Source: Auanema rhodensis
Lineage: Eukaryota > Animalia > Nematoda
Assembly (NCBI GenBank): GCA_964057225.1
Contig: OZ059900.1
Coordinates: forward strand, 13,826,001-13,890,000
DNA length: 64,000 nt
Reading direction: 5' to 3'
Shown: piece by piece, positions 16,554 to 35,107 of the stretch
Layout of the letters: the number at the start of each line of letters is the position of its first letter
Numbering within the stretch: the stretch's first letter is position 1
The notes under the pieces: model-generated
What the model saw: the letters and a program-made list of their open reading frames with translations, nothing else
Told to the model about the DNA's origin: nothing
Database searches by the model: none
Position numbers and translations under genes: made by a program

Positions 16554-17856
16554 GGTTAACAGCCTGACTGGAAAAAAACAAATAGAAAATACAAAGTAAT
16601 ATGATAAATTTGTTCTAAATCATTAAAAATATTATAAGAAGTGAATGCATGAAATATTTTAGAAAAGCTGCCAGATAGTGGCATATACGGTGACAAAAAA
16701 AACCGAAGATCAGTGTTTTACTGATAAACCAATAATCTAGAAAATGATGAATATTTGCTAGAAATGAAGCGAATAATTATTTGAAACGTGAACTAAAAAG
16801 TATATTATGGACTTTCAAACAGATTTTAGTGCACGTAGAAGAATATAAGTTATTAATATTTTGATTGAAAGTAAAAGAGTAAAAATATAATTCCAAGTCG
16901 TCATGTTGGTACTGCTGCACAAATGATATTGTCAGTATGATAGATAACAATAATGCCTTTCTGAATACTCTCTATCATTCACTTACTCTTTCTTCCCAAC
17001 TCAGAAATGAATAAACATATGCCTCTTATCTATTGCCACGACATATGATTCTTGTTACCATCAAGACTTTCAACTTTCTTATAGTTTATACGCTCGGAAA
17101 TAAAAGTAATCAATGGAAAAAAAGCTGCAAAAGCATGCAAATATAGAAAAAACTTAGAGAACGACTATTTAATTTTGTTTATCTTCTTGTTTACTCTTGT
17201 TTTACAGTTTGAAAATCAAAATATTATTCATAATTATTTTATTAGATTACTTGCTGTTTGTTTTTTGTTTTGTTTTGTTTTTTGTTGAGAATATGGTCAC
17301 GCCCATGTATAAGCGATGCCATCAGTTCATCAACCTTTTTACTGCCCACTTCAAAGATAGGCAAGCAAAAAACAATAATATGACTTACAGTATAATGCAA
17401 ATAATTCATATTTCTTAATTTGTATACACTACTTCATGTGATGTAGTGAAAATCTGGTTGAAAAGCAATTACTTCGTTGGCTATAATAAACGATTTGATT
17501 GTTTACTATCATATTGGTTTATTGCAAATTATTTCATCATTAAAAATTGCGATAATGTCTATAACCATTGTTGAGTAAAAATCCTCCCAAACTGTTCATC
17601 TATGGGGATTAGTAATATAGTAATCACAAACTCAACACATAAACCTGCTAAATCCATTCAGAAACGAGAACTTTGAAACCCAAAAATGTTGATATGATGA
17701 ATAAACAGAAGTTCGATCAGATTTGTATTAATCTAACAATCGATCTATTGCCCGAAGCAGTTAGCAGCGCTACCAAAGTATTAGTTCAATTCATATTTGG
17801 TTAGCTTCGCTATTTATTCAACTATTGCTATTATAAGGTAATCAAAAACACTATTT

Positions 17857-19334
17857 ATGCATCTTATCCGACAACTATTCCACATTGCAAGCTCTTTCTG
17901 TGCGCTGGCCTTTTGTGTATTTATATTTTATGATTACGTTGGCACTCGACGGTCAACAGAACAATCACCAAACTCTTATTTTGACATTCAATTATTACGT
18001 CCTGGGCATTCTATCAGAAAAGAAAATGCTCTCAGATATGTTGCCCATGAACAAAAAAAAGGAGCTGAGAATTTAAATGATTTGGATGGAATCATTAGTG
18101 AAAATTCAGATGTAAGTTTTATGTCAGTCACATCTCAAATAATATGAATCGTTTTGCAGCTTTTACCAAATAGAACAAATAATTTGAGAGCAAAACATCT
18201 TTGTGCCAAGAAAAATACATGCATTCCAAAATTTAAACAAATTGAAACAAGAATTCGAGTAAGTGAAAATGAATAATTAAAAGAAAAAGATCATTTTGTT
18301 TTAAGATTACACCTAAATACAAGATGATTAATTGTCTTGTTCAAAAAAGTATGTCAACTCTTATGTCCGCAATTTTTTGCTTTTTATACGATGAGCAAGC
18401 ATTTTTGTTACGTAGTAATGGCTTTTATACGGAATGGAGCAAATTCAGGTAAGAGAATAGAGAAGAAACATATGTATATTTCTCTTATATAAAAATCTCA
18501 ATATTACATAATTTGAATTATTACCAGATTATGCCAAAGTAAGAATTCATTTAATGATCTCAAGAAAACTAGAGAAGAGTTCAGCATTAGCAAAAAGGAC
18601 CAGACCTGGTCTATAACAATGCTTACGCGTGATCCGGTGGAACGTTTCATCAGCGGATATGTTGATAAATGTATAAGGTTCATAAATAAAACCGTTAACC
18701 GCCGAATAAAATATTAAACATTATAGAAAAGCTTGGGTTCAGAATCCATGCAATGGGTGCAAAAAAAATTTGACATGCTTCATAGAAAAAGAGTATGAAA
18801 GAATGTTGACAGTATCCAAGTTAAATAAATTTCGTGCCACATTCGAAGATCGCCATTTTTTCCCACAGAACTGGTAGTAAATTTTTATTTATTTAATGAT
18901 TTCTATTGAATAATTCACATTTTCATACTTTTTTGTATACTTTATGTATATGTATTGTTTATAGGAGATGTAATTTGCGAACAGATTATAAACATTACAA
19001 ATTTATCAAATATTCCAGCTCAGATACTGATCAATTCTTGAAACAGTTTATTTCCATTACAAAGAAACAACAGGTAATTCTAGTGTCATTCTTATTTGTT
19101 TCTCGTAATGTTTGTATGTGTAAGTTGGTTTTTCAGGTTCCAGAATCTTCAATCAATTATATGAAAAAACAGCTGACAATGAATCGAACTGTTCATAGCA
19201 CAGTCTCTTCGTCAGCACGCACATATCTGGAAAATCGATTGCGTAATTCTCCCTATCTCATGGAATATGTCGTTAAAATGTTCTATCACGATTTTTTACT
19301 TTTTAACTACTCGTTTCCGACTGGTTTTTCATAG
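17857..19334 (+). CDS. Golgi type II membrane carbohydrate sulfotransferase (Sulfotransfer_2 family)
   Basis: N-terminal TM helix, 5'-PSB-like CLVQKSMST, 3'-PB RDPVERFISGYVDKC, HFFPQNWRC and C-terminal FYHDFLLFNY. Confidence 0.87.
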
Positions 19335-20794
19335 TTCACCAAACTAAAATCTCATTTTACATTTATCTCTGCATCGATTTATCCATATTGAACCCTTTGA
19401 AATGAGATCTATAATTTCATTCTAACACCATACTTCAGGGACGATAAACCAGAGCGTTTCTACTAATCTACATGTCAACATATCTTCTTGCATGATTATT
19501 CCCTCTTCAATTATATTTAAACATTGTGCATCTCAACATTTTATTGTTCGTATATATGGAAAATCACAAATCTAGCTTGTTGTTGTACCGGGAAAATATT
19601 CTAAGCATAGGAGTAAGAAAAAACAAATGATAAAAGTAAATATTAAATTAAGAAAAACAAGTGACCTACTCGTACAACGTTCAACATATGTCCTACAATT
19701 GATTATATGTATTTATGATATGTAAGCATATAAGGATTACAATTTCATGACGCCAAAGAGAGTACAGGAATAAGGCTGCTATGTATATAATCATATATTA
19801 TGAAAAATTAAGCAAAAAACAGACTATATATGGTCAATTGTATATTTTAAATTCTGTTCGGATTACAATAAACAAATTTGTTACTTCAGAAACTGAAATC
19901 ATATAGGTAGGATAATAGAAACTTACAAAGAAAATTGAAGTAGTATGATAGAAACACTTTTCACGATGGAAATGATATGATATGAAAAATCAATCAGAAA
20001 AAAAATGATAAAGGAAGTCTAAGCACACTTTAAACAAAAGCGTTATCTCTTTTGAGCTTTTTACAAAACTAGTATCACATATATTGATATTGCAGGCAAA
20101 CCAGTGAGCAAAAAAAGCTATATTCAAATGAAGTGAAACCCGTCCCAGAAGATTTTTTTCGTTTAAATTTTAATATACGAATGAAAAATTGAAAAGCAAA
20201 AAAAGTTAATATACAAAGATTTTATAGAATATAGAAGAGTTTGGAAAGAGTTTTTTCTTCGAAGCTCTTTCTACTTTTTAAGCGGTTTCTCTCTGTATAT
20301 CGTAGGAAAATGAATTTGGGAACACGGAGTATGTAATAACGTTGAGTTATTGAGCAAAAAATCACAGACAGAACGGGAAATGATCAAAAAAAATGAAGAA
20401 AGTATAAACATAAAGAAAGAAGAGATAAACAACGAAAGAGTACAAGTGGTGCAAATGAAATCTACTATTGAAATGTCTTATAGTAAGAAACATTTTTGTT
20501 TGCCATGTGCACTGTAAAGTTTAAGGCGTATCTAATGCTCAAAATGATATCAAAAATGTTAGATATGGATGACAAAGTTTTTAGTGTACATATAAGACTA
20601 TTCCATTATCTCTTCCATTTTAGCTTCCAAATAATTTAAGTTAGATAAATAAATGAAGAAAGATATTATGAGAAGCTAAGGGTAAAGCGAAAGATATTTT
20701 TAATAGATCACAGAAAAATCGTGTTTCTCACAGATTGAATTTGGGTATGACCGCTCACAAATTGACTCGCAAAAGTTAATAAGATTTAAAAAAA

Positions 20795-23758
20795 TTATTC
20801 ATTGTCTGTTTCTTCTGGCTCTGCAACTGTGTCAGATAAGTCCTCGTGACCAGGAATACATTGAAGAAATGGATTTACTAGACTTAAATAGCATAAATTA
20901 CAAACTCGAACCTGTAAATAATAATATGAGTTTATAATAGTGTAATCTAAAATGTTGTAAATATATAGAAAAACGTTTTAAATAATTGAACAACAAGTAA
21001 AAAACCATACCCGACTATCATATCCTAAGTTTGGAATAGCAATGCTTTTACGACTACAACTACCGCAAAATATGCGTCCACAATTGCGGCAATGATGACG
21101 ACGACGAATAAATGTGAAATTGCTATAACATGATGTACATTGAGATACATCATCATCAGGAATCCATCTTACACCTGGAACCAGATATATCCAATTTTGA
21201 AATATTTGCAATACTTATTCGTCATTTATAACAAAATAGAAGAAACATTTATAAAAATGATTTAGATTTTAAGCTTAGTAGATGTTTAAAATTGAAACTT
21301 TTGCTTGTTGATGACAATTAATTTTTCATTAGATTCTTACCTATATAAGGAGGCATAGGGAGATGTTCGTTTGCTTCAACGCCTGTTTCCTCTTCATTAT
21401 CAGCCGTACGAGCAGTTTGACCGTGAATCTTTAAAGTATTCTATTTTATATTACCAAAATTAATATTTCAAAAATAAAATCTTTTACTCACTTCATCTAC
21501 AAATACAGCATCTTCTGTTGGAAACAGTACCATTTTTAGAAGCTTACGCACATCAGCTGAGTAGTTTGTTTGAAGTTGATCGGCAACAGCTGAGACACAA
21601 ACAAATATTCTACAAGTTTATGAAGTTAAAACTCGATAAAGTTTATTTTTTTCACCTATGAATCATATCATTTGATGATATGTATCGTACCCGAACTTTT
21701 CTTTTTAATCTGAAAATATCCAAAATGTTGTGCCCTTCTTAATAAAGTATTATCTAACCTTAAGCATTTGCGATCAGTTTTGTTTATATCTGACAAAGAA
21801 TCGCTTTCAACTGGTTGAGCGGAGTCTTTATCTGATCTCAATCCAGGCAAATTAGATTCGTCACTGAAGGATAGCCTTACAGTCGGATTTCGTCTAGTAT
21901 ATATTAGATCATCCAGTAGTTCGCCATCATCTCGTTGGCAGATTTCGTCTTGGTCGCATAAATCGATTTGGTCACTGCGTTCCACGTTACATGTATGGAC
22001 AGGGTCATCCGTATTTGAATATTCAACGGCAAAGCAATGACCAGTTTTTGATTGCTCTTCCTCATTCTCTTTACCAACATCAACTTCGAAAACTTCGCCC
22101 AATTCGTCATCAACAGGATTTTCGTTGGAACCACTTTCTCCAGCACTTTCCATTTTTTCTTCCTTTTCATGGAGATAAACCTAATTATAGCTTTTTATTA
22201 AATTGAGTTTGAGACACAAAACCATTATCTTGCGTCCTTCATTCTCACGAAAACTGGGAATGTTGAGCTTGTCTTTGGCACTTTCATTCTCACCAGAGCA
22301 AAGAATATTCTCCACCTACGAATAACATAAACATTGATTCTTTCCAAGTTCAAAAAGATATTTTGCAGAAAAGTATTTGTAAAAAAATAAAAAATAACGT
22401 ACAGTAACCAGTTCCTCTATAGTTAAGATTTTCAATAATCTTTTGATATTTAATAAAAGCAATGTGTATGGTCTAAACATTTCCGAGAGATCATCTTCAT
22501 CACAATCAAGATTAAGAGCTCCTTCTGGATAGTATAATAAACCCCTGAAACCATATAAGTGTGGGATAACAATAATTTGAAAATTAGGCATAATTAATTG
22601 CAGATTAAATGAATGGCATAAATAAAGTTAAGCCATTTAGTTAATACGTTTTTATTCAGTTCATGCATAACAAGAACACTATTCAAAAATGTAAAATAAA
22701 TATTTCATTCTTTCAAAAATTTTTTTGAACAAAATAAATTTGCTTACCAAAGAACTGCAAGACGTGGAATGATGAACATAACAGCGGGATCAAAATATTC
22801 AATTTGTTCCTGTGTTATGTAATGAAACCGAAGAGCTCTCTGCAGCGTATCGGCAAACAAAACGCCAATTAGTTGTTGCGCATCATGTTCACGAGCAGAC
22901 TTTACTGATACCATTGCGCTTACATATCTAAAATTTAATTGTTAATTTTTTTCAATGCTTTGTGAGGAACATATGAATTAGAAAAAACCTACTGGAATTC
23001 AAAATTAGCAAACATATGGTCAAACCACAGTAAAGATTTTTTTATTTCGTGGGTGTATTCTCGTGGATTGCGTAGAGCTTGATCCTAAAAACAAAATATA
23101 TAAAAGTAATGTGCGTAAGTAACTTACTTTCAGCATGCTTCTCAAATAATCCAAGTGTGCGGTAACTGCTTTTGCAAGAGGTCTTATACATTCCGATTCA
23201 AACTCATGATCTACTATATTTGATCCCGCTGATAAGCACTGAAAAAAATTCTTCTTATGTTTCCAATTCTTTCAAAAATGTGAATAATATTATATTTGAT
23301 TTGTTACAATCTAACCTCTGCTCCAAACCACAGCTGTCCCGGCAAATTGTCGTGAATAATTTCATCAGGGAATTTTGCTCGAAAGTCACGATTAGCCCGG
23401 TCGCTTTTAATGGGATATAAAACAACAAGCATTTCCTCTAGAAAAAATCCATAACTCGTGATAATTATAAACAAAATTACCAATAATGTGCAATAAGCGA
23501 TCTTGAGCAATTCGTAGTTTATTAACAAGTACAGTACAACGTTCTGGATCACGCTTGGCATCAAATGAATCCAATTCATTTGCTTAAAATTAAACTAATA
23601 ATTCAGAAAACTTGTATGTAAAAAGTGTAGCTTAATTTACTCAGCTGAACAGCAAACTAACCGATTTCTGTCAAAGCTTCATCCGCATAATAGAATTTAG
23701 CCAATGGTGACCAATCATCTGGACGTGGTCTACAGAAAAATTTACGAATTGAAAGCAT
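20795..23758 (-). CDS. lst-2: Lateral signaling target protein 2 (ZFYVE28), FYVE domain
   Basis: [29 protein letters not shown]...ELDSFD..RDPERC...[25 protein letters not shown]; FYVE motif [27 protein letters not shown]; stop at 20795-20797. Confidence 0.93.
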
Positions 23759-25230
23759 GCAATCTGGAATAATGAGAATGATTGATTATCGCTTGATTTA
23801 AGAACAATGATAGGTAAGTCTATTCCAGGCGAGAAAAGGAAAGCAGCTCAAACAACTACAATCTTATATTTTGCGTAATGAAAAGTTTTTAATTATTAAA
23901 AAAATAATGAAAAAAAGAGAGAGCTAGGAATTTCATGAATAGATGAAAGCTAGAAAAAATGCAATTTCAATTGTTCTAAGAATCAAATGTGTTTTCAACA
24001 ATAGGAAAAATTGACCTGTTAACGCAAAACGACAAACTCAAAAACATGGTCGTGTTAATCAATATATCTGTATTCTAGAATTAAAGATAGGATAAAAGGA
24101 AATAACAAAAATAATGAAAAAATTGATTCAAAATAATAATTTAGCAACATTTCTTCATGTGTACGTGTACTGAATTGATAAAAATTTTGTTATCAGCTGT
24201 AATTAGAAAATTATAAATATTATAAAAATTATTCATCATGAACAAGAGATGAAATAGATATAAAAATTTTGAATAGTTTTGATGAAATTTCAAAATATAT
24301 AGCATTAAGACTTAACATCATCATTATTAGATTTAATTGGATTCAATATGATCCATTTTTAGTATTAATAGAGATATGGGGTAATTTAATATGAACATTA
24401 ACAATGTCTAGTTGTGTGATTACACGACATAAACCTAATTATGAAAATTAGCTTCGTTGTGAAAATGACAGAAATTCATGAGAAACGTAACAAGAATAAA
24501 AAGAGACAAGACATGGTTTTTTTATTTAGGTTTCTTCGTTTTTTTTTAGATTTCGTTTGGAGTTTCGAAATATATTTCTTCTCATGCACATCTGCAACAG
24601 CAGTTCAATTAATCATCCTTTTAAAATAAATGAAACAAATAAGGCTGCGCGCGCAAACGACACTGTCTATATTATTTTTTTTTGAATAGATTGATGAGTT
24701 CTATTTTTACGAATATAAAGCAATACATTCAAAAATTAAGCAACAGGTGCAGAAATTGATAATATCAGTAGAATATATACAAATATTCAACAAAAATGCT
24801 AGTATAAACATCATGGGTGGGCCGCGTGTCAGATTAAAGTGAAGCAGTGACTATGGAAATACACACAAAGACATTAGTGAAATTACACTCGAATCTAGCA
24901 GACATATAAGACGAAATAGATCTTAAAGAGCTTTTATAAAGAAGGCGAAAGATTGAGAAGAGAAGAAGGACGTTTAGAATATGGATGGGGGGGGGGTTGC
25001 GCGCGACCGCAACGCATGACATCCGCGTTGCGTATATATCTATTTGTGTGTATGGATGTGTGTGTGCTGCATATGTGTGTGTGTGTCCTAAGAAGGAGAA
25101 AATTTTGTCAATAGAAGCGCCGAATTGTCAATACGACCACAATCACACTGATTTTTTCGTTCTACTTTATTTTTTTTCCATTTTTAAAATGAAATTATTT
25201 AATTAAGCTTATACCTTTTAGAGCTAAACC

Positions 25231-28398
<3,168 letters not shown>

Positions 28399-31300
28399 TT
28401 CATGTAGAGAAAAACTTTCGTTTTAACGAAAGAAAAACTGCCATAAAATAGAAAATGCTTTTTTTGCTATTAGTAACAAATATATAAATATATATTTGTC
28501 ACAATAACATTGAATATTATTATTTATTTATATTTATATTATGTTATAAGTCATTTGCGCACTTAATTTTACTTATACCAAATACTAACAAGACATTCCG
28601 ATCGCAAATAGGTTGTGCATTTGTTTTTGTAGCTTCATGTGTGTAATATTATTCCAAGAATTTTAAGGTAGGTATGTAGTATTAGCTTTGTTAATCTATA
28701 CTTTTTGCTTGAAAAATTGTAGATGAGCAGTGAAAAAACGCTTTTATAAGATCTGATTTTTAACTTATCGCATAATTTTATTTTTTTTATGTAACTTGTA
28801 GGTTTTTTGGAAAAAGCAATAAATATTAAGTAGCCTTTATTATCGTACAGCTTTTCATCATATTTTAATAATATAAATATAAAGAAAATAAATTTAGCAG
28901 TGAACGATTTTCAAAGAAAAGAATAAAAGAATAATGATAATTCATCGAATAAGTAACGCATAAACGAGAGGATCTTATGTACTCATTTTATCTATTTATT
29001 TTAGTTTTGTTGTTGTTATTTACAATAATAAATCATACTTTACAAATAATATAAGAAGTAATTGAAAATTTCTTCTAAAATAACAATTAATCTTTTTATG
29101 TCAATGCGTTTATTTCTATTGTGTGATGCAAGATTGCAACGTGACAACTGGCTAACCACTTATAACTTGTCTTTCAAGCTTTACCGATCATCAAGCTGAA
29201 CTAAAAATAATATTTTTCTTGTTTAAGTTTAACCAATAAAACAATGCATCATCATCTTCCACTCTTGTATAAATGCCGCTTCAAACACAAATAAACAAAA
29301 CATATTCCAGGAATTTTTTTTCACAACAAAAAGAAGTAAATTAAATCTTTATGAATTAACTGAGTATATTACATCTGTTGGAATTTATGTAGTTTCTCTT
29401 CTTTCTTTGAATTTTAAATTCTACGCTATCACATAAGTTCGTATAGATAAAGTTGATGCATTAATGAAAGAAAATGAGAAAAAAGACTATATGATCAAGT
29501 TATTTCTTCAAATCTTCATTATTACCAGATTTATTTAACAGCTGTTTCCCTCTATCTTTATTATTATTTCTATTATGCTTTATAAAGCATCATGAGCTTG
29601 TGAGGGCATATATGTATATTTATATGCATTTTCATGTAGTATACATATTGTGAATATCTCTGTTTGTTTTTCTAATTTAATTTTCGATGAGCTACGCGCT
29701 TTATCGGGAAAGGGTGAGTTTTTTCTCAATTGAATTTAAACAATGAAGTTACGGAATTTCTTATGTGACACAGTTGCAATAGCAACTACGTTTCTTTCAT
29801 GCCTTGTTTTACATATTGTGTAAAACATTGAGTTTTGTTTAATGCTTGAAAACAGACATACACTATAACATTTGTTATTGTGAATATCTTGAAGTTTATA
29901 TATATCGAACTTGTTTCGACTGATTCAAATGTATATATAGGCTCTATTTGAAGACATATTGCTTCTGTGTTTAGTCAATCTTGAGTTCAGCTGGTCCATC
30001 TTTTCATGGTACGTAACTGAACATCTTTCTATATTAGCTAGTGTTCGGGCGACCAGAGTACATGTATAAAGCAAATGTAATTATGTTCTCATTTCGTCGG
30101 CTTTTTAATGCTCATATATTGAGTTTCAATTTGAATTCGTTCTGCTGCGCTGTTTTTTCCATTTTCTTCAATACAATGTTTTCAGCATAACTTTTACATG
30201 TATACTTGGAACAGTGATTTTCTTATTTCTGATTCCTCAATTTTCTTTGAAAATCAGATTAATTTTGTCAAAATTTTTTAAAATATTCTGTTTGTTGGTT
30301 CAGATGTTATAAAGGGAAGTTATAGAATTTCAATGCTATTTTGGTTACAGAGACCAGCAAATAATCGTCTTTTTTGGATGAAAAACATCTGCAACCCTTT
30401 TGTCTCAACAAAGTTAAAGAAAAGTTAACTTTAGATTGTTTGTTACTGCTATTTTTTTCTTATAGATGCTAATCCTTTTTAAAATTCTTTGTCATTTGAC
30501 TTTTGAGAGTTCCGGAACATCTTGTTTAGTTTTACTAGGTTTACCCTTATCGGACATATGGCTTAAGATTCAAAAATGAAAAATAAGAATTTATGTGAAA
30601 ACACATCTCAATATCTCTGAATACCTTGTTTTTTCCGACCTTCTCTACATTTTTTCCGATACACATGTTCATTCATACATTCTCACATCTGCCTGAATCT
30701 GTCTCCAATGTTACCTCCTTTTCCGGTTTGTTCACATGTCGAGCAAACTAGCACGAGCTGTCTGACACAATGATTCGAAACTGAAACTGCTTGGATTGAG
30801 AAACATTTTTTTGCAAAAAGTTCATATTTTTCGCTTCACTCATATTTCATTTTTACCGTTGAATTTTAGTTCCTACAGCTAACTTTAAAATCATTTTTAG
30901 CTTATGAAGTCATGTCTTGAAAATCAATCAACATGAATGTAATTCAAAACATAAGCTTCTTAGGTATACAAACTTGAAAAATAAGTAAGTACAGTTGTTA
31001 AAAGCCGCTAATAGTGTTTCTGTTGAGATGCTCTTCTTTTCCTGACAATTCTTTTTAGCCTCGAAGCTTCTGCATTTTTATGTTCTTTTAATCGCTTCAA
31101 TTCGAACTACTTGAGAAAATCTTTATGTGTCATTAATGAGATTCCTAACTCAAGATTGAGCAGGCAAATCGAATAAGAAGACGTTTCTAACATTCACACC
31201 TTTATTCATATGAATCTCAGCTGAACATGAGTTATATGTAGTAAATCGAATTGTTTGAGAAAAATTATTTTGCTTATCTTTCGAAGCAACTGCTTCTTCA

Positions 31301-32946
31301 AATATTGGTTTGTTATCGTTTATTAATAAACTTTCTTCCCAATTCTTAACTTTTCATATTTTATTTTGTTTATATCTTTTCCTCCAGCATGCTTTCGTTT
31401 TCGTTTAAGTATCGATGATGATTTCCGTAAACCTTCATACAAACTGTTTTTTGATTCTCCTACTATTGTTTTGTTTTTTTTATTTTTCATAACTTTTCAT
31501 AAATTGAAAGCCTTGTAATAATTGAAACATTTGAAACTGAGTGTTACCAATGAGCTTCAAGATCGTTCAAGCGTTTCAGCTGTTAGGTAATTTAAAACAG
31601 CCTAATTAGTATCAGAAATCAATAGTTACTTCAAGCTATTCAACATGTTTCACTTTCCTTGTTTTTTTTTTTGGAGGGTTTAACGCATAATTTCAATGTG
31701 CACGTAATACGTTCATGATATTTTTTCGAATAAGTTTTTTATTTTTAATGAATTAACTTTTTTTATTCGAAAATATAACCAAAGCCATTAAATATTTCAT
31801 ATGGCTTAATTGCGATAAATGTTCGAGAAGAAGTCTAGGTCTTTTAATGTATTCAAGCACATCAAATAAAATTCTTCTCATCACGTTTTTTTGTGTTGCA
31901 ATGCGTCAAATATAAGCGTATATAAACATATGATGAAAATATTAATGATGCAATAGTGAATATGAGCTCACTTAGAAAATGATACTGCAGTTTTATATAA
32001 ATTAAATATTATTTTTAGATTCAGATGTTTTGCAGAAACATTTCTCTATCTATATATTCTTCATAAGTTATGAATAAAAGCATTTCGTTGATATTTTCAC
32101 ACATTTCACGTCTCATTTTACATTAAGAATTAGTGCCATTATACTATCTTTCCGCAAAATGCATACACTTTTCCATTTAGCTCACGTGAACTCGTTGAAC
32201 ATAGCCGCCTTAGGGTATAACTCAAGCCATCGCTTTTCTATTAAGCCGTTCTTTCTAGTACACTCTATTTCTCCACCTCTCCAGAATCCGCTTCTGAGAA
32301 ATTTGAAAATCTCGACATTCTCCTTCTCTAATTCTACTGCGCATGTCCGTTGTTCTCACACACACTCCATAATGCCCATTATTCGTCTTTTTGAAGTTAC
32401 CCAGCAAGCATCATCAGTCCTTCTTTTAAAGCGAAAAATGCAGAAAGCGGAAAAAGGACTTTGTTAAGCAGGGTTTCCATCAGTTATGTCTCTGAGAAAT
32501 GAAGGATAAGAATAACCTAACCAAATGGAAAATTTAAAGCCTCATATTCAGTCATACTAATGAAAATTCTAATCTCAGTCATTCGTCAGAACATTTTTCT
32601 CTGCATTTCCTTCGATCTCAAAATGTCATTTATCTTTTCCACATTTTCATTTGAAGTAAAAATTTTTCAAAGCACATTTTCCAAAGCATTGTTGCTGTTT
32701 CAGCCAGCTAATACTTTTTAATTATGACAAGTTGCAATATTTAGAACTAAAACTTTTCGTCACAACAGTTACCAGCGTTATCGAAAGTTATGTAGTTTTT
32801 GTTTTGGTAAGCAAATAGATTTCGACGGATATAGGATGTGTCTCCAACTTTAATTATTTATTTTTGTTGTTCAGTTGTACTTTATCATTTTTTTGTTTCT
32901 GTTTGACGCCATGATACCATTTCTGATCTTTTTTTCGGTTCAGACT

Positions 32947-34628
32947 ATGACCGAGTTTTTTGAAAATACAACCCTAATCAACGTATCTGAAGAGGAAGTA
33001 TTATGCGATCAAGAGCCTCATCCCCTAATCAGATCCATTTTCATAAGGTTAGTCACATATACCTATCGATCATGAACTTTATGCGTTGTGTCTAGTGTTT
33101 TTCAAATACAATTGTATTCTGCTTTCATTTAAGTTGTGGAACTGTAGTAGCGATTGTTGGATGTTTCGCAAATCTTCTTCTTGTTTATGTTTTTAGCAGC
33201 ACAAATCGGCGTGTGAGCCCATTTCAGGTACTTATACTCATAATCAGGAATAGCAAACAAAAATATCTATATTTATCTTTAAACTATTTATATCAAATAG
33301 ATTTCTAAATATTATTGTGCTTTTTTAGATTTATTTATCTACATTAGACTTTTTGTTCTGTTTGTTATTCATTGTATGTTTCGCGGCTGTACGATTTGCT
33401 CAAATGTTCAGGATAGGTAACTATCTGTTTCTGAAATCAATAGACATTGCAATTATCTAGAATGGCTTTATGTGATTCTAAAGAATAACAGCGTTTCCCT
33501 ATATATTTTGAGTAGAATTGTTCAACTAGAAATACCTTACGTGCTAATTGCGAATACTGCAGATAGGCTTAAATTCTTTGACTTTGCTCGAAATCGGTTA
33601 GTTACAAAACATTGAACAGCTATGGCATTTCTGTAAATTATTGTAGAAGAATGTTTCAAATTGGTATGATAATTGCAACACAAATAGTTGCCACCTTTGT
33701 GCGACTACCTGGCTATTTTGCAATGGAAGTGACAGATATTCCTGGTTGTGAGCTGTTCACTAGCAAAATTTTAACAGCTGTTGAAATGTCCGAAAATTTA
33801 ATAGATATTTATGTGTGTTTTGATTTGGTTGTTCAGGTATTTATAGAGAAACATTCAAATAATTATTTTGAAGCTTTTACAGTTTTTTCATTTGTTCGTG
33901 TCATTCATAATTCTATGCGTTCTTAATGTCATTGTTGTTATGAAACTGCATTCATCTCACAAACGTGCTTCAAAGGGAAACACTCATATGAATATTGTCT
34001 ATGCGGTAATCTAAATGAATAAATTGAGAAACTATACTCATATTGTTCAGAAGCAGGAAGATAGAGATGAAGAACAGCGAAAAGAGCTAAAACGCTATAG
34101 ATTCGCAGTTCATGCTACTATTTGGATTATATCTTCATATTTAGCTTGTAACAGCGTCAACTTTGTGCTATATATAATAGAAATCTTCAACAAATCCTCC
34201 ATACAGGTATGAAGTTATCTCTTTCTATTCAAGAATTTAAATTAATTCAAATTAAAAAGTAACGACTTTCTTTGTTCTTTTTTTCTTTTTTTCTCAAAAT
34301 TGTTTCATTTTTCATTCAATTTTTTTTGTTTTTCAAAATTTTCTTTATATTATTATGCTTGATTAAAAACAAAACTTAATTAAATTTAATACAGTTGATA
34401 GTGGGAGAATGAGTTTTGAATTATGTTTAATGTTTTGAATGAAACTTCTTTTGTTTTCAGGATAATTTTGGTAATTTCAATGTTTGGTATGTTCTCTTCA
34501 GCGACATTGGATCAATATTATTTATTTTCTCGTCAACAATTCGTTTATTCATTTTCTATAGATATAATTTGGATGTCAGAGATGAAATTCGTTCGGTACT
34601 TGGCTGTACAGCGCAGAAGTATCGGTAA
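32947..34628 (+). CDS. Orphan rhodopsin-like 7TM GPCR (nematode peptide-receptor-like)
   Basis: N-terminal N-glycosylation sites, TM1 VAIVGCFANLLLVYVF, TM3 SRIVQLEIPYVLIANTADR, TM6 ATIWIISSYLACNSV, TM7 SDIGSILFIFSSTIRLFIFYRYN. The 3' end is approximate. Confidence 0.8.
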
Positions 34629-35107
34629 GAGAAAATGAACGGCTGTTCTGTACACTCATATGCACACGTTTGAAAATAAATATAATATGGATCTTCTAAA
34701 AATTATTTGTAATTATTATGCTGAATGAAGAATTATTGTAAATATATGTGTTCACACAAAAAAAATTTTCATTGGCGATGATACAAATGATAAACATTTA
34801 CAAATATTTGATTATAAATAATATCACAAACATTAGAGTCACAGAAAAGTACCAATATACAATCAAAAAAAAACAACTAAAATATTTTTGTGGAAATAAC
34901 CTATACAGCATGACTGTCTGCTTTTTTCAAGTTTACAGACTGCTGTAAGATATACGGAAATCCACGAAATAAACTAGGACGACAAAAAACAATGAGAATC
35001 TTGTAAGAGTGACAGGAATAAGTATGAGGTTTGTTTGAATATACCTTTTCCGCTTATAATATATAATATCTATCAATTAAATAAAAAACTAATACGCACA
35101 ACATGTA

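Noticed and set aside
29145-29160. Minus-strand GTGGTTAGCCAGTTG resembling the 3' part of miR-34
   Set aside because: The seed is absent and no convincing precursor hairpin was found.
28500-32900. 4.4-kb gene-free interval, including a short GTTCAG...CTGAAC hairpin near 29985-30022
   Set aside because: No supportable ORF, RNA family motif or repeat. It is most simply the 3' UTR of dpy-23 plus the GPCR upstream regulatory region.
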